From Octopus sinensis (taxonomy: Eukaryota), in NCBI RefSeq assembly GCF_006345805.1, contig NW_021834182.1, positions 1 to 50,853 of the forward strand: 50,853 nucleotides of DNA, written 5' to 3'. Made by a program: the position numbers and the translations under genes. The notes under the pieces were generated by a model. The model made no database searches and had not been told where the DNA came from. It saw only the letters and a program-made list of their open reading frames with translations. This document shows, one piece after another, positions 1 to 11,058 of the stretch (within the stretch, counting starts at the first letter, position 1; every line of letters begins with the position of its first letter).

Positions 1-1028
1 TATGGATATATATATATGCATATATACACTCACACATACAAACAGACGCACAAGTACATACACAAATTCATATATGCACAAACACAGACATATATTCAGA
101 AACACACACACACACAAAAGCACAGGAACATTTACATATGCACAGACATAACACAGACACACTTAAACACATGCACACATACACACATACATATACGCAT
201 ACACATAAACAAACACAGCCATACTCACGCACTTCGACACAGACATATACGTTCAGCGAAGCTACATTCTATGAACTGTAAGGTTATAAAGAGCTAACAG
301 TAAGGGGAAAGGAAGGTATGTTGTCTCTGACAGCATAAATATCTCCTCCAACAGTCGTCTCACTCTTCCCTCTCCTCTCCTTCAGTTTTTACTTTCCTCT
401 TTCTCAATAATTTACTTTCACTTTCACAACTCCGGCTAATCTTGCCGCCGTTTCTCTTTCTTTCCTTCTACTTCTTTCTATAATTTCGAGCCCGTTTTTT
501 ATGACATTTTACATGTGTTTTTTCTTAAGTATTCTACGTTGTTTTTTACGTTTTTCGTGAATGTTTTTTTTAATCTTTTCTATTTCTTGTTTTTTTTTTG
601 TTTTCTTCTCCTCCTTTGTTTATTTGATTTTCTTCAATGTTTCTTTATATATTTACTTATTTCCCCTCTACACTCCGAACATACACACGCCCTCGCCTAT
701 CTCAAATATGTATGTACGTAAGTATATATACATACATACGGACTATATATATACATACATACACACACACGCACACACGTATATATACGCACAGATATAC
801 ATGAATATATATATATATGCGTGTGTAAGTGTATGGCTGTGTGAGTGTGTGCGTGAATATCTACACACACACACACGTATATATGTATCATATATATATG
901 CATCATATCTACATACAAATATACATTTATATATATATACATGTACATATATATATACATATATATGTATATATATATATATGTATATATATATACATAT
1001 GTATATGTATACATATATATATATAACG

Positions 1029-1066
<38 letters not shown>

Positions 1067-1321
1067 GTGTGTGTGTATATATATATAAATACATGAAAAT
1101 ACACAAACACAGATCTATATATGTATAACTGTGTCTTTATAATATGTATAATACATATATTTGATTCCAAACAAACAAATATGTATCTATGTGTAATTGA
1201 TTGTGTGTGTGCGCGTGTGTTTCGGTGTCGCTGAGTATGTTTGTGTGCGCTAGTGTAATGCATCTATTCTTCCTTATTTAATTATACGCTTCCTGTAATA
1301 CATTTATGTATTTATCCTATC

Positions 1322-1362
<41 letters not shown>

Positions 1363-1363
1363 T

Positions 1364-1394
<31 letters not shown>

Positions 1395-1470
1395 TAACAT
1401 ACATACAGCATATAAGATCATATATATATGTATCTATGTGTATGTATCTATGTATGTAATATATGCGTGC
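1..1470. repeat. Mixed (CA)n/(TA)n/(TG)n microsatellite-rich region with a pyrimidine-rich stretch
   Basis: Directly visible dinucleotide arrays; the overlapping ORFs are HT/YI dipeptide artefacts. Confidence 0.95.
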
Positions 1471-1786
1471 GTGTGTATGCATTTGTATATATAAATTCAT
1501 TTTCGAATGTTCTTCTCTATTGACTTTTCTGTTGTTATTTTATTACAATATGGAGGATGAAGGGGAGAGTATTATTGTAGCTGTTCTTGTCCTTGTTGTG
1601 CGTGTGTGTGTGTGTGTGTGTGAGTGTGTGTGCGTATGTGGAGGGGGTAGCCGTAGCATTTGTGTTGTTGTTGCTTCGTGACTTTGTTGCTCTCTCTATT
1701 GTCGTTGTTCTTATATAGGTGAGGTGTTGTGATGTGTATTATTATACTGGTTGTTACTAGTATGATAGCGATCGAGTGGTAACATT

Positions 1787-2199
1787 ATTATTATTTCAAT
1801 TAGTGAGGGCGGAAGTATTGTTTTCAGTCGAATTTGTTTGTTTGTTTGTCCGTGGACAACATATTTCAAGAACCGCTAGATGGATTCGAATGAAACCTTC
1901 AAGGATGTTTGGCACGAACTGATTAGATTTCGGGATCGATCCGGTACCGGACAAGGATTCTGGATTATTTTTTTACTTATGGCGGTGCCACAGCATGGCC
2001 ACAGCTTGTGAGCTGAAACTAGATAAATAAATTTTTTTTAAATGTTTTAGAGTGGTAGGGTTCATTTTTAGTATTCTCGTCTGAGAGAGCAGGCGAGTTT
2101 ATTTCAGATATTCTCATTTTAAAAATCATCTTTGGCTAATCGCTGAGAGGACGTTCGTGTTGCCTTGGCGGATGTTTGCGCTCTCTGAGTGCTCTTGTT
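1787..2199 (+). mobile_element. Non-autonomous Helentron-associated (HINE/DINE-1-like) element
   Basis: 5' ttattatt...ggcggaagtattgttttc, then (tttg)n+gtccgtg, an internal palindrome gatccggtaccgg, and a 3' end ccttggcggatgtttgcgctctctgagtgctcttgtt. This is the usual HINE layout. A SINE-tail fragment (ggcggtgccacagcatggccacag...) sits inside at ~1975-2030. Confidence 0.7.
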
Positions 2200-2284
2200 G
2201 ATGTAATTGTTGTTACCGTTCGCACAGTATTGTGTTGAATGAGTGCATACATATCATTGTAGTAGCGTTTGAGGTTACTGTTGT

Positions 2285-2532
2285 TACAGAAGGACGGTGA
2301 TCGACGGGATACATACTGTTACTGTGTTTGTGGTTATTGTTTGTACCGTAGGGTGGTGATCAAGGGAGTACGTATTGTAGCTATACTTGTGGTTATTGAT
2401 GGTACCGTAGGGTAGCGATCGACGAGGTAATATTGTTGCTGTGTTTGTGCTTATTGTTGGTACAATACGGTGGTGATCGAGGGTGTACATAATGTAGCTA
2501 AGTTTTGCTGGTTATTGTTGGTATAATACGGG
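2285..2532. repeat. Degenerate ~59-bp minisatellite, about 4 units
   Basis: Recurring ggtgatcga...tgtggttattg...gtac motif with unit starts near 2296, 2355, 2414 and 2472. Confidence 0.8.
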
Positions 2533-2974
2533 CGTGAAGGGGTAATTATTTTTGTTGCCTTGATCTTGTTATGGAAGGGCGATGACTAGGTGGGTTTCCT
2601 AGTGGGGGTATTGTTTTGGTTGTTGCCAAAAGACTGTAACCTGAAAGAAAGAGGTAAGTCGGACGACTTAAAGAGACCTGGAAAGAATGCGTGGTGGATG
2701 GAACGAAAGCATTCGGTCTCTTTTGCCCCGAAATCAAGGAGGTGGACCAAGCTCGCGTCCACTGGCATGAAATGGTCATGGCTCTATACTCCTGTATAAT
2801 GTGGACTAACTTCCTTAGGGGTCATATTGCTCATATGTGTTTTTGTTTTTCTTGGTGTCAACCTCATCCTGCCTAATGTTATTGATGTTGTGTTTATCCT
2901 GTAGTTTATGTGCTCATATTGTTGTTTGTTTGTTAATTAATGGCCATATGCTTAATTTGGAGGTAATTAATTCT

Positions 2975-3065
2975 GTTGAGATTGACCTTTCCTTTCATCG
3001 TTTCGGGATCGATAAAAAAAGTATCAGTTGAGCACAGGAGTCGATGAAATCGATATACCTACTAC
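2975..3065 (+). mobile_element. Degraded SINE fragment (family M, Meta-domain-like core)
   Basis: gagattgacctttcctttcatcgtttcgggatcgataaaa...gtatcagttgagcacaggagtcgatg matches the core of the intact copies at 10203-11058. Confidence 0.7.
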
Positions 3066-3190
3066 CAAAATAAAAAAAAAAACAAATTCACTGTACTCTT
3101 TGTAGAAATGATTTTTAATATTTAACCAAAGATCATGTAGAATATTTTAACAACAACAACACAACACAATAATAATAATTATAATAATAA

Positions 3191-3720
3191 TTACTCTGAT
3201 GCAGTATCAGACAGTGGCTCTCGTGGCTTCTGATCTTAACTGATTGGAAGTGTTATGATGTACATTGTTTTGTCTTGTTAGCTACAGCAAATATTCTGCT
3301 CAATACCACAGATTTGCTTGTAAGTTGTTTGACCTTAACCAGTTGAGCATGTCCCTTAGTAGCTGACGATATGCACATCTCTCATCACAAGCAGAAGTAG
3401 TGGGGGAGCATCATAGCCATGTGTCGAAAGGAATTCTTAGAGGTTTGAATAATTCACATCTGCAAAAATAGTTGTTTCGTTCAACATCCTTAAACAACCC
3501 TTATTCAGGGACCTTTTGAGCGGAATGGGTTACTCGACCAGAAGAAAATTCTAACTGGAACACACCTGCAAGGTCATGTGCTGTTTATCTTGATATGAGA
3601 TCACCATGTCGCGCACATATGGTTGTGAACTCTTATCAGATAGGTAGTCATGATGGGTATACTGGGCTTCGTATATTTTACCCCACTGTCACTTTAATGG
3701 CATGCACTGCTCTCTCACTT
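3191..3720. repeat. Unclassified ~530-bp interspersed element bounded by (AAT)n on both sides
   Basis: Complex non-coding block between (aat)n runs at ~3168-3190 and 3721-3732. Single copy in this window, so its repeat status is inferred. Confidence 0.45.
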
Positions 3721-3732
3721 AATAATAATAAT

Positions 3733-4125
3733 ATTGTGCTTTATAGTTGACGTTGCATAACTTCTGACACACGAACAGTCAAGAAGGAAGGCGAAAAATA
3801 GATAGATACAACCCTATTAAGTATGAAATAGCTCGGCTATGGAAAATGAAGAAGGTGAAGATAGTCCCAATTATTATTGGGTTCTTGGGAACAGTATCAG
3901 AAGGCATCAAGAAGAATATAAAGGAAATTGGAATAGAGTGCCCAGTAGAACTGTTACAATTGGTTTGCTTCCTTGGCACGGCCACAGTGATCAGGAAAGT
4001 ATTAGATAGTTGAAAAGTACAGATAGCATGGTACCGTAGGCTGTAGGTAGTACTCCCGCTACGCATGCAAGACTCCAGGTGTTCTAAAAAAACCTGTGAT
4101 AAAAAATAAAAGTTACAATAGTAAT
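3733..4125 (+). mobile_element. 5'-truncated R4/Dong-clade non-LTR retrotransposon (RLE domain C-terminus and 3' UTR)
   Basis: With frameshifts reads CFIVDVA..SDTRTVKKEGEK/IDRYNPIKYEIARLWKMKKVKIVPIIIGFLGTVSEGIKKNIKEIGIECPVELLQLVCFLGTATVIRKVLDS* (stop 4011-4013), the typical R4-clade endonuclease tail. Confidence 0.85.
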
Positions 4126-4226
4126 GATTTCAAATTTTGGCACAGGGCCAGTTATTTCAGGAAGGGGCTAAGTCGATTCCATCAACTCCAGTATTCAACT
4201 GGTACTGATCTTATCGACCCCGAAAG
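4126..4226 (-). mobile_element. 3' half of a family M SINE
   Basis: Reverse complement of the core ttcggggtcgataag...gtaccagttgaatactggagttgatg plus the tail gtgccaaaatttgaaatca. Confidence 0.75.
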
Positions 4227-4227
4227 A

Positions 4228-4480
4228 GGTCCTAGATGTGTGGACAGCGACGAAACCATACGTCATGCACACGCGCTGTGTCTGAGTATTGTTGACTGAA
4301 GCTATGTCGAACAGCTGTTGTTGCGTATGAGACAAACCCGACTATCTGCCAAAACCATCGTGAAGGTCACCCCATCGTCAACTTTAACAAGGCAGAGCAG
4401 ACAAGAAGTTGTGTGGTGGGCGTGGTTGAAAGGACTGAGGAAAAACATTTTGGTCAAGCCATCATCGACGTTTCTGAGTT
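4228..4480 (+). mobile_element. Decayed L1/Tx1-clade ORF2 C-terminal fragment (zinc-knuckle region)
   Basis: PRCVDSDETIRHAHALCLSIVD*SYVEQLLLRMRQTRLSAKTIVKVTP...QEVVWWAWLKGL aligns by eye with the younger copy at 6565-6945 ([33 protein letters not shown]...[12 protein letters not shown]). Confidence 0.75.
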
Positions 4481-4954
4481 CCACTAGGAAAAAAAGAGAG
4501 AGTGGAGATGGAAATATTACTTCTTACTGAATTTGTGAAAAGATGAGCGACTGTAGTAAAAGCAGCTAGAGTGATTGCCCCCATTCTAAAATGCGCCTAT
4601 AAATTGAAGAAAATAGCTGGGAGTCGAATCGTGCCATTGGAAATCAAGGTAATCCATGACCTATGAATTTCCTTGATTGGCAGTCCTCTTGAGCTTCACC
4701 AGTCTCAAGAGGACTGCAACATTCATGTTATCGTATATTTTGTATATTATATATTTTTTATCTCATTTGATAGGTTTTTTTCCTTCTATTTTTTCTCTAA
4801 ATTCTTTGTGTTAAATCCCACACAAATTGTTGCTTGTCCTTGTGATGTACCCTTCATCTATAACCCATTGACTAGGACAAGGCTGAAAGGCATAAGGATA
4901 TATAATAATAATAGTGATAATAATAATAATAATGATAATAATAATAATAATAAT

Positions 4955-5067
4955 GGACCGCTCGAATATTCCGGAAGGTTCTCGAAAAATAAGGTGTTAC
5001 CTTAGTTCACTGGTAGTGAACAGCTGACACCGTAGTACATCTCCAGCGTTAGAAGCTGTGCAAAGGC
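4955..5067 (+). mobile_element. 113-bp 3' tip of an R4/Dong-type LINE inside an (AAT)n array
   Basis: Encodes TARIFRKVLEK*, matching the (LG)TARxxRKVL C-terminus, followed by a short 3' UTR. (AAT)n lies on both sides. Confidence 0.75.
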
Positions 5068-5101
5068 AATAACAATAATAATAATAATATTGATGATGAT
5101 G

Positions 5102-5143
<42 letters not shown>

Positions 5144-5220
5144 TAATAATAATAATAATAAAGTCGATGCTGCGCTTATGGATATTCAGTTTATTCATAT
5201 CTTATTTATTTTTGGTTGAA

Positions 5221-5251
<31 letters not shown>

Positions 5252-5389
5252 AGTTTTCTCTTGTAGACAGCGATATTATTGTTTTTCTTACACTCGGCGA
5301 CACCGTTCTTTCCACAGTAATCACACGACCACACGCACGCATACCTTTGCTCGTACGCATGCATTGCACGCTCGCAACCAATGCACGTA

Positions 5390-5871
5390 CAATAAATATA
5401 TATATATATATATATAACTAAAACATTATCGATGACAACAACAATAACTACAACAACAACAAACCCATCATTTACCAGCAAGAAGATAATCAATAACACT
5501 AACAACATAAATAACAATGTCAACAAAAGAAGCAGCAATATATACGCACAATTTGACATATTCACACACACACACACACGCACACACATATACACACACA
5601 CGCAAACAAGCATATTTGTATATAGTGTAGTGTATGTAAATACTGTCTCTATAGATATAGATATATATATCAGTACGTATGTGTATGTATATCCATGCGT
5701 GTATATATGTATATACATATATACATACATGTGTGTGTATGTGTGTGTGTGTGTAGACAGACACAAACCAGACGCACAGGTCCATGATCAAATATTGCTC
5801 ACCCACATACACGCAAATATAGGCATATACAATGTAATATGAAGGGACACAAGCATATATATATATATATC

Positions 5872-5903
<32 letters not shown>

Positions 5904-5987
5904 TATGTATATATTTATTTATATGAATATATATATGTACATACCTATATATGTGTGTATGTGTATATATTTGCATGCATATATATG

Positions 5988-6036
<49 letters not shown>

Positions 6037-6195
6037 GTGTGTATATATGCATACGTACATGTAAATATATACGTATGTATGGTATGTACATGTGTATATT
6101 CATATCCTGTAACCTCGTTTATGAGATAGATAGATTTTAGATAAAAAAAACAGGTAGATAGAAAGACAGACAGACAGATAGATAGATAGATAGAT
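5390..6195. repeat. (TA)n, (AAC)n, (CA)n and (GATA)n microsatellite block
   Basis: Directly visible. Confidence 0.9.
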
Positions 6196-6944
6196 ATGTT
6201 TCTTTATTAGCCACACAGGGCTGCACACAGATAGAACAAATTACAAGGTAGAGCTTTTCTTTTGGAGGTAAAAAAAAAATAAATAAAAATAAAAATAAAA
6301 AAGGGGGGGTCGATCAAAAGGGATCGTAAAAGATGAGAAAGAGGACAAAAAAAGGAGGAGAGGAAAAAAATTGATCAATAGGGATCGTTATCACAGAAAT
6401 GTCAATATGAAGTGTAAAGGGGAGGACAGGTGAGGTTTACCCGTGGAAAGAAAAGCCTACGGAAAAGACCACGGTAACCTCGGTCAATGAAGTCACATGT
6501 TATATTTCATTTTTTTTTTTTTTTTTTGCAAATAATAGTAACTCTCTGTATTAATTTTTACGGTTCATAGAATCATAGTCAAGGTGGCTTCGTCATTCAT
6601 ACGTGCCATCCTTGCTACATTCACCCATCTTTTTTTAAAACATTCACTAGACAAAACTTGCCTCTCTACTCTCACTTTTCTTCAAGTGATACTTGAAGAA
6701 GTTGATGAGAGATTGACCAGAGAGGAAAGTGTTTGTCTCTAATCCTTTCAGGCGCGTCCACCAGATACATTCTTTCGCCATAGCCACAAGTATGATAAAA
6801 ATAGCTCTTCCTTCCCGTTTGAAGGAAGGAGGCGTGACGATATTAACGATAGACTCGGCTGATAAACCGACACGTCCCACACGTGACAGCAGTCGTTCGA
6901 CATAAGCCCACAGGTGGGAAATTGCTGGACACTGCACGATTGCG

Positions 6945-6945
<1 letters not shown>
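6196..6945 (-). mobile_element. 5'-truncated L1/Tx1-clade LINE (ORF2 C-terminus, 3' UTR, AATAAA) embedded in (GATA)n
   Basis: Minus strand reads [25 protein letters not shown]...FFKYHLK; after one frameshift it continues KVRVERQVLSSECFKKRWVNVARMARMNDEATLTMIL* (stop at 6565-6567). AATAAA lies at 6203-6208 (minus), followed by (ATCT)n. Confidence 0.85.
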
Positions 6946-7015
<70 letters not shown>

Positions 7016-7052
7016 CAAATAGGTAGATAGGTAGATAGATAGATAGATAGAC

Positions 7053-7139
<87 letters not shown>

Positions 7140-7180
7140 CAGACAGACAAATAGGTAGATTAGGTAGATAGATAGATATT
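6946..7180. repeat. (GATA)n tetranucleotide array
   Basis: Directly visible, with occasional gaca/ggta variants. Confidence 0.97.
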
Positions 7181-7785
7181 CACACAATATATAACAGAGG
7201 CAAAATACATTCACATCAACATATTCTTTCTTGCTTTTAAACACACATACGCATTCACCTGAACATGCAAACACACACACACGCACACGCACACACACAC
7301 GCACACGCACACGCACACACACACACGCACACACACACACACGCACGCACACACTCACACACTCACATGCATACATGAGATGCATCCGTATACGTCCACA
7401 CACATAAAATAACGTTAGCATTATAATTAGGAAATAGAATCCACAACCGCCACCCGCCACCATCCGCCACCGAACCCTTTATTAATAATATATTCATTTT
7501 TGAAGTGCTTTTCTTTAAAGGCGGGGCAGTGCCCATGACCTTTACAAGGCCTAGCAGACCGATGAAATTGATGTCGCTGAAGTCTTGCTTTAGCATCTGC
7601 TGATCAATGTCTGCAAGACACGGAAGAGGCGGGCGGGAGTCTGGTCCAAATTTTTGCTATACACTCTACTTCACTAAACAACACAGTTTATCTGTTTATT
7701 TATTTGTTTGTTTGTTTGTTTGTTTTGTATGCAGTTTTTTTTTATGTTGTTGATTTGGACTTTTTTTTTTTTTTTTTTAGCTTTT

Positions 7786-7823
<38 letters not shown>

Positions 7824-7889
7824 CAAACAGATCAAAGACTCTTCGATCGAAGCTGCAATTGTTATTTGCTGGAGACGGTGCCAATCTTC

Positions 7890-7906
7890 ATTATGATGGT
7901 GGTGAT

Positions 7907-7939
<33 letters not shown>

Positions 7940-8690
7940 GGCGGCGGTGGTGGTGGTGGTGGTGATGTTGGTGGTGCTAGCGGTGGTGATGGTGTTGGTG
8001 GTGCTAGCGGTGGTGATGGTGTTGGTGGTGGTGATGGTGGTAGTGGTGGTGGTGATGTTTGTAGTGGTCTGACGATGTTTGTAGTTTGTAGTTTTGGTGT
8101 TGGTTGTGGTGGTAGTGGCGGTAGTGGTGGCAGTGGTAGTGGTAGTGGTGGTGGTGGTGGCGGCGCCGGCAGTAGTTGTAACCGAGGTATTTAATGACGG
8201 GCGGCGTACCGGTGTAGGCGTCTTCGGCGGCGGCGGCGGTGCTGGTAGTGGCATTGAGCGTTGGGGTGCTTGTGGTGTTGGAGGTGGTCATGGGCAAGGC
8301 GCTAGTTGTGGTAATGATGGTGGTGTCATTGTCGTTGTTGATCGTGGTAGTGGAGGTGGGGGCGGCGGTGGTGATGGCCGTCGTGGTGGTGGTGTGATGA
8401 TGATGGTGATGGATAAGATGCTGTCCACATTGAAGATGGTTGTGGCGGCGGCGGTGGCAGTGACGGTGGCGGTGGCGGCGGCGGCGGCGGCGGTGGTGGT
8501 GGTGGTGGTGGTGGTGGTGGTGGTGGTGGTGGTGGTGGCGGCGGCGGCGGCGGCGGTGGTGGTGGTGGTGGTGGTGGTGGTGGTGGTGGTGGTGGTGGTG
8601 GTGGTGGTGTGGTGGTTGTGGTGGTGTTGGTTGTGGTGGTGGTGGTGGAGCTGGCAGCGGTGGTGGAGCTGGTAGCGGTGGTGGAGGCGA
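7890..8690. repeat. GC-rich (GGT)n/(GGC)n trinucleotide domain
   Basis: Interleaved ggt and ggc runs; the poly-G/V/P/H/T ORFs here are artefacts. Confidence 0.92.
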
Positions 8691-8849
8691 TGAGATATTC
8701 AAATGTGACACAGTACATAAATATACCACAGTGCCCTCTCCCAGTTTTCATGACATTAACCTTCTCATTAAAAACTGTCCACACACCAACACTCGCAAGA
8801 GAAGTGGGGGGTAAAGCGAACGCTTAGTGTACAACAGAAAGCAAACCAA

Positions 8850-9169
8850 TTGTTTAAACGTTAAGATTGATTCAAATTTTAGCACACATCTTCGGGGCGT
8901 GAGCGAGGTGGGCATAGTCGATTGTATCAACCCAAGTACTTGACTGGTACTTATTTTATTGATCCGGAAAGGATGAAAAGCAAATTTGACCTCAGCGGAA
9001 TTTGAACTCATAACATAAATTATTTACATTATTTACATTCGACGGATATTTGTCCTCACCTTGTTTGTTGTTAACACAGAATTTCGGCTGATGTACCCTC
9101 CAACCTTCTTCAGGTGACTTGGGGAAATTTCGAACCTGGGTTCTCATTCCTAAGGTATTTTTCGATGTT

Positions 9170-9261
<92 letters not shown>

Positions 9262-9401
9262 TATTGTTCAGGTCACTGCTTGGAATCGTGCTCAGAATCT
9301 TGGGGTTAGTAGCCCGCGCTCTTAACCACTATGCCATATGCCTCAAGATCCCGAGTTCGATTCCAAGCAGTGACCTGAACAACAACAACAACAACAGCAA
9401 T

Positions 9402-9451
<50 letters not shown>

Positions 9452-9693
9452 TCGAAAATACCTTAGGGATGAGAACCCAGGTTCGAAATTTCCCCTGGAG
9501 CGTATATCAGCCGAAACGTTGTGCTAACAACAAACAAGATGAGGACAAATATCTGTCAGATGTAAATAATGTAAATATTGTACATAATTCCTCATCTCTT
9601 AAATATAGAACTGTATTATCAGAATGTAAAGCCGGACGAAATGCCGCTAAGCATTTTGCAAGGCGTGCTGACGATTCTGCCAGTTCTCCGCCT
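8850..9693 (-). mobile_element. Family M SINE split by a PLE-type insertion (SINE parts 8850-9019 and 9619-9693)
   Basis: The core ...gacctcagcggaatttgaactcataacataaa resumes as tcagaatgtaaagccggacgaaatgccgctaagc... after the insert. Confidence 0.8.
9020..9618 (-). mobile_element. Penelope-type pseudo-LTR fold-back insertion (tRNA-like head, (AAT)n, hammerhead-like motif), head-to-head pair
   Basis: Arm A is 9020-9342 (minus, full head). Arm B is 9343-9618 (plus; head truncated, CTGATGA deleted, longer tail). Degenerate 12-bp TSD tcataacataaa (9008-9019) / tcagaatgtaaa (9619-9630). Confidence 0.8.
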
Positions 9694-9720
9694 TTATAAC
9701 AAAACATATTTTAAAAATAA

Positions 9721-9900
9721 GGCGCAGGAGTGGCTGTGTGGTAAGTAGCTTGTTTACCATCCACATGGTTCCAGGTTCAGTCCCACTGCGTGGCACCTTG
9801 AGCAAGTGTCTTCTACTATAGCCTCGGGCTGACCAAAGCCTTGTGAGTAGATTTGGTAGACGGATACTGAAAGAAGCCCGTCGTATATATGTATATATAT

Positions 9901-9936
<36 letters not shown>

Positions 9937-10157
9937 TGTATGTCTGTGTTTGACCCCCTAGCATTGCTTAACAACTGATGCTGGTGTGTTTATGTCCCCG
10001 TTACTTAGCGGTTCGGCAAAAGAGACCGATAGAATAAGTACTGGGCTTACAAAAGAATAAGTCCCGGGGTCGAGTAGCTCGATTAAAGGCGGTGCCCCAG
10101 CATGGCCGCAGTCAAATGACTGAAACAAGTAAAAGAGTAAAAGAGTACAAAAGAGTA
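9721..10157 (+). mobile_element. Full-length tRNA-derived SINE, family K (internal TA/TG microsatellite, aaaagagt tail)
   Basis: A-box-like tggctgtgtgg and B-box-like ggttcagtcc, then gcaccttgagcaagtgtc, with an (aaaagagt)n tail. Homologous to 32477-32878 and 36120-36549. Confidence 0.92.
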
Positions 10158-10202
10158 ATTGACTTAATATTTTTAAAAATCATTAATATTGACTTAATCC
10201 TC

Positions 10203-11058
10203 AAGGCAGCGAGCTGGTAGAATCGTTAGCATTTCGCCCGTCTTTACGTTCTGAGTTCAAATTCCACCGGGGTCGACTTTACCATTTATCCTTTCGGATT
10301 CGATTAAAATAAGTACCAGTCGAGCACTGGGTTCGATAGAATCGACTATTGCTTCCTCCAAAATTGCTGGCCTCGTGCCAAAATTTGACATCAATATTGG
10401 CCTAATCCTAAGGCGGTGAGCTAGAAGAAACGTTAGCACGCCGGTCGAAATGCTTAGCAGTATTTCGTCTGCCGTTATGTTCTGTGTTCAAATTCCGCCG
10501 AGTTCGACTTTGCCTTTTATCCTTTCGGGGTCGATAAATCAAGTACCAGTTATGCACTTGAGTCGATGTAATCGACTTTATCCCTTTGTCCTTCTTTGTC
10601 CCCTCTAGGTTTAGCCCCTTGTGAGCAATAAAGAAATAAGAAACGTTAGCACGCCGGGCAAAATGCTTAGAGGCATTTCGTCTGTCTTTACGTTCTGAGT
10701 TTAAATTCCGCTGAGGTCGACTTTGCCTTTGATCCTATCGGGGTCGATAAATCAAGTACCAATTGCGTATTGGAATCGATCTAATCGACTGGTTCCCTAC
10801 CCCAAAAATTTCGTCCCTTATGCCGGGAGTAGAAAAGAATATTGACCTAAATCTCAAGGCAGCGATCTAGCAGAATCGTTAGCACATCAGACATAATGCT
10901 TAGCGGCATTTCGTCCGTCTTTATATTCTGAGTTCAAATTCCATCAAGGTCGACTTTCGGAATCGATTAAATAAGAGCCAGTTGAGCACTAGGGTCGATG
11001 TAACTGACTTGAACATCTCGCTCCCAAAATGCTGGCCGTTTTCCAAAACTTTGAAACC
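10203..11058 (+). mobile_element. Stack of four family M SINE units
   Basis: Heads ggcagcgagctgg / ggcggtgagct at 10205, 10412 and 10858, plus a head-truncated unit at ~10629. All carry gaggtcgactttgcctttcatcctttcggggtcgataa-like cores. Confidence 0.9.

Noticed and set aside
2546-2880. Short ORFs on both strands, possibly a LINE remnant
   Set aside because: No recognisable motif by eye; a faint similarity to L1/Tx1 C-termini is too weak to call.
8004-8784. Poly-Pro/poly-His ORFs resembling formin or transcription-factor low-complexity regions
   Set aside because: All frames on both strands are open because of GGT/GGC repeats; there is no flanking domain or convincing splice context.
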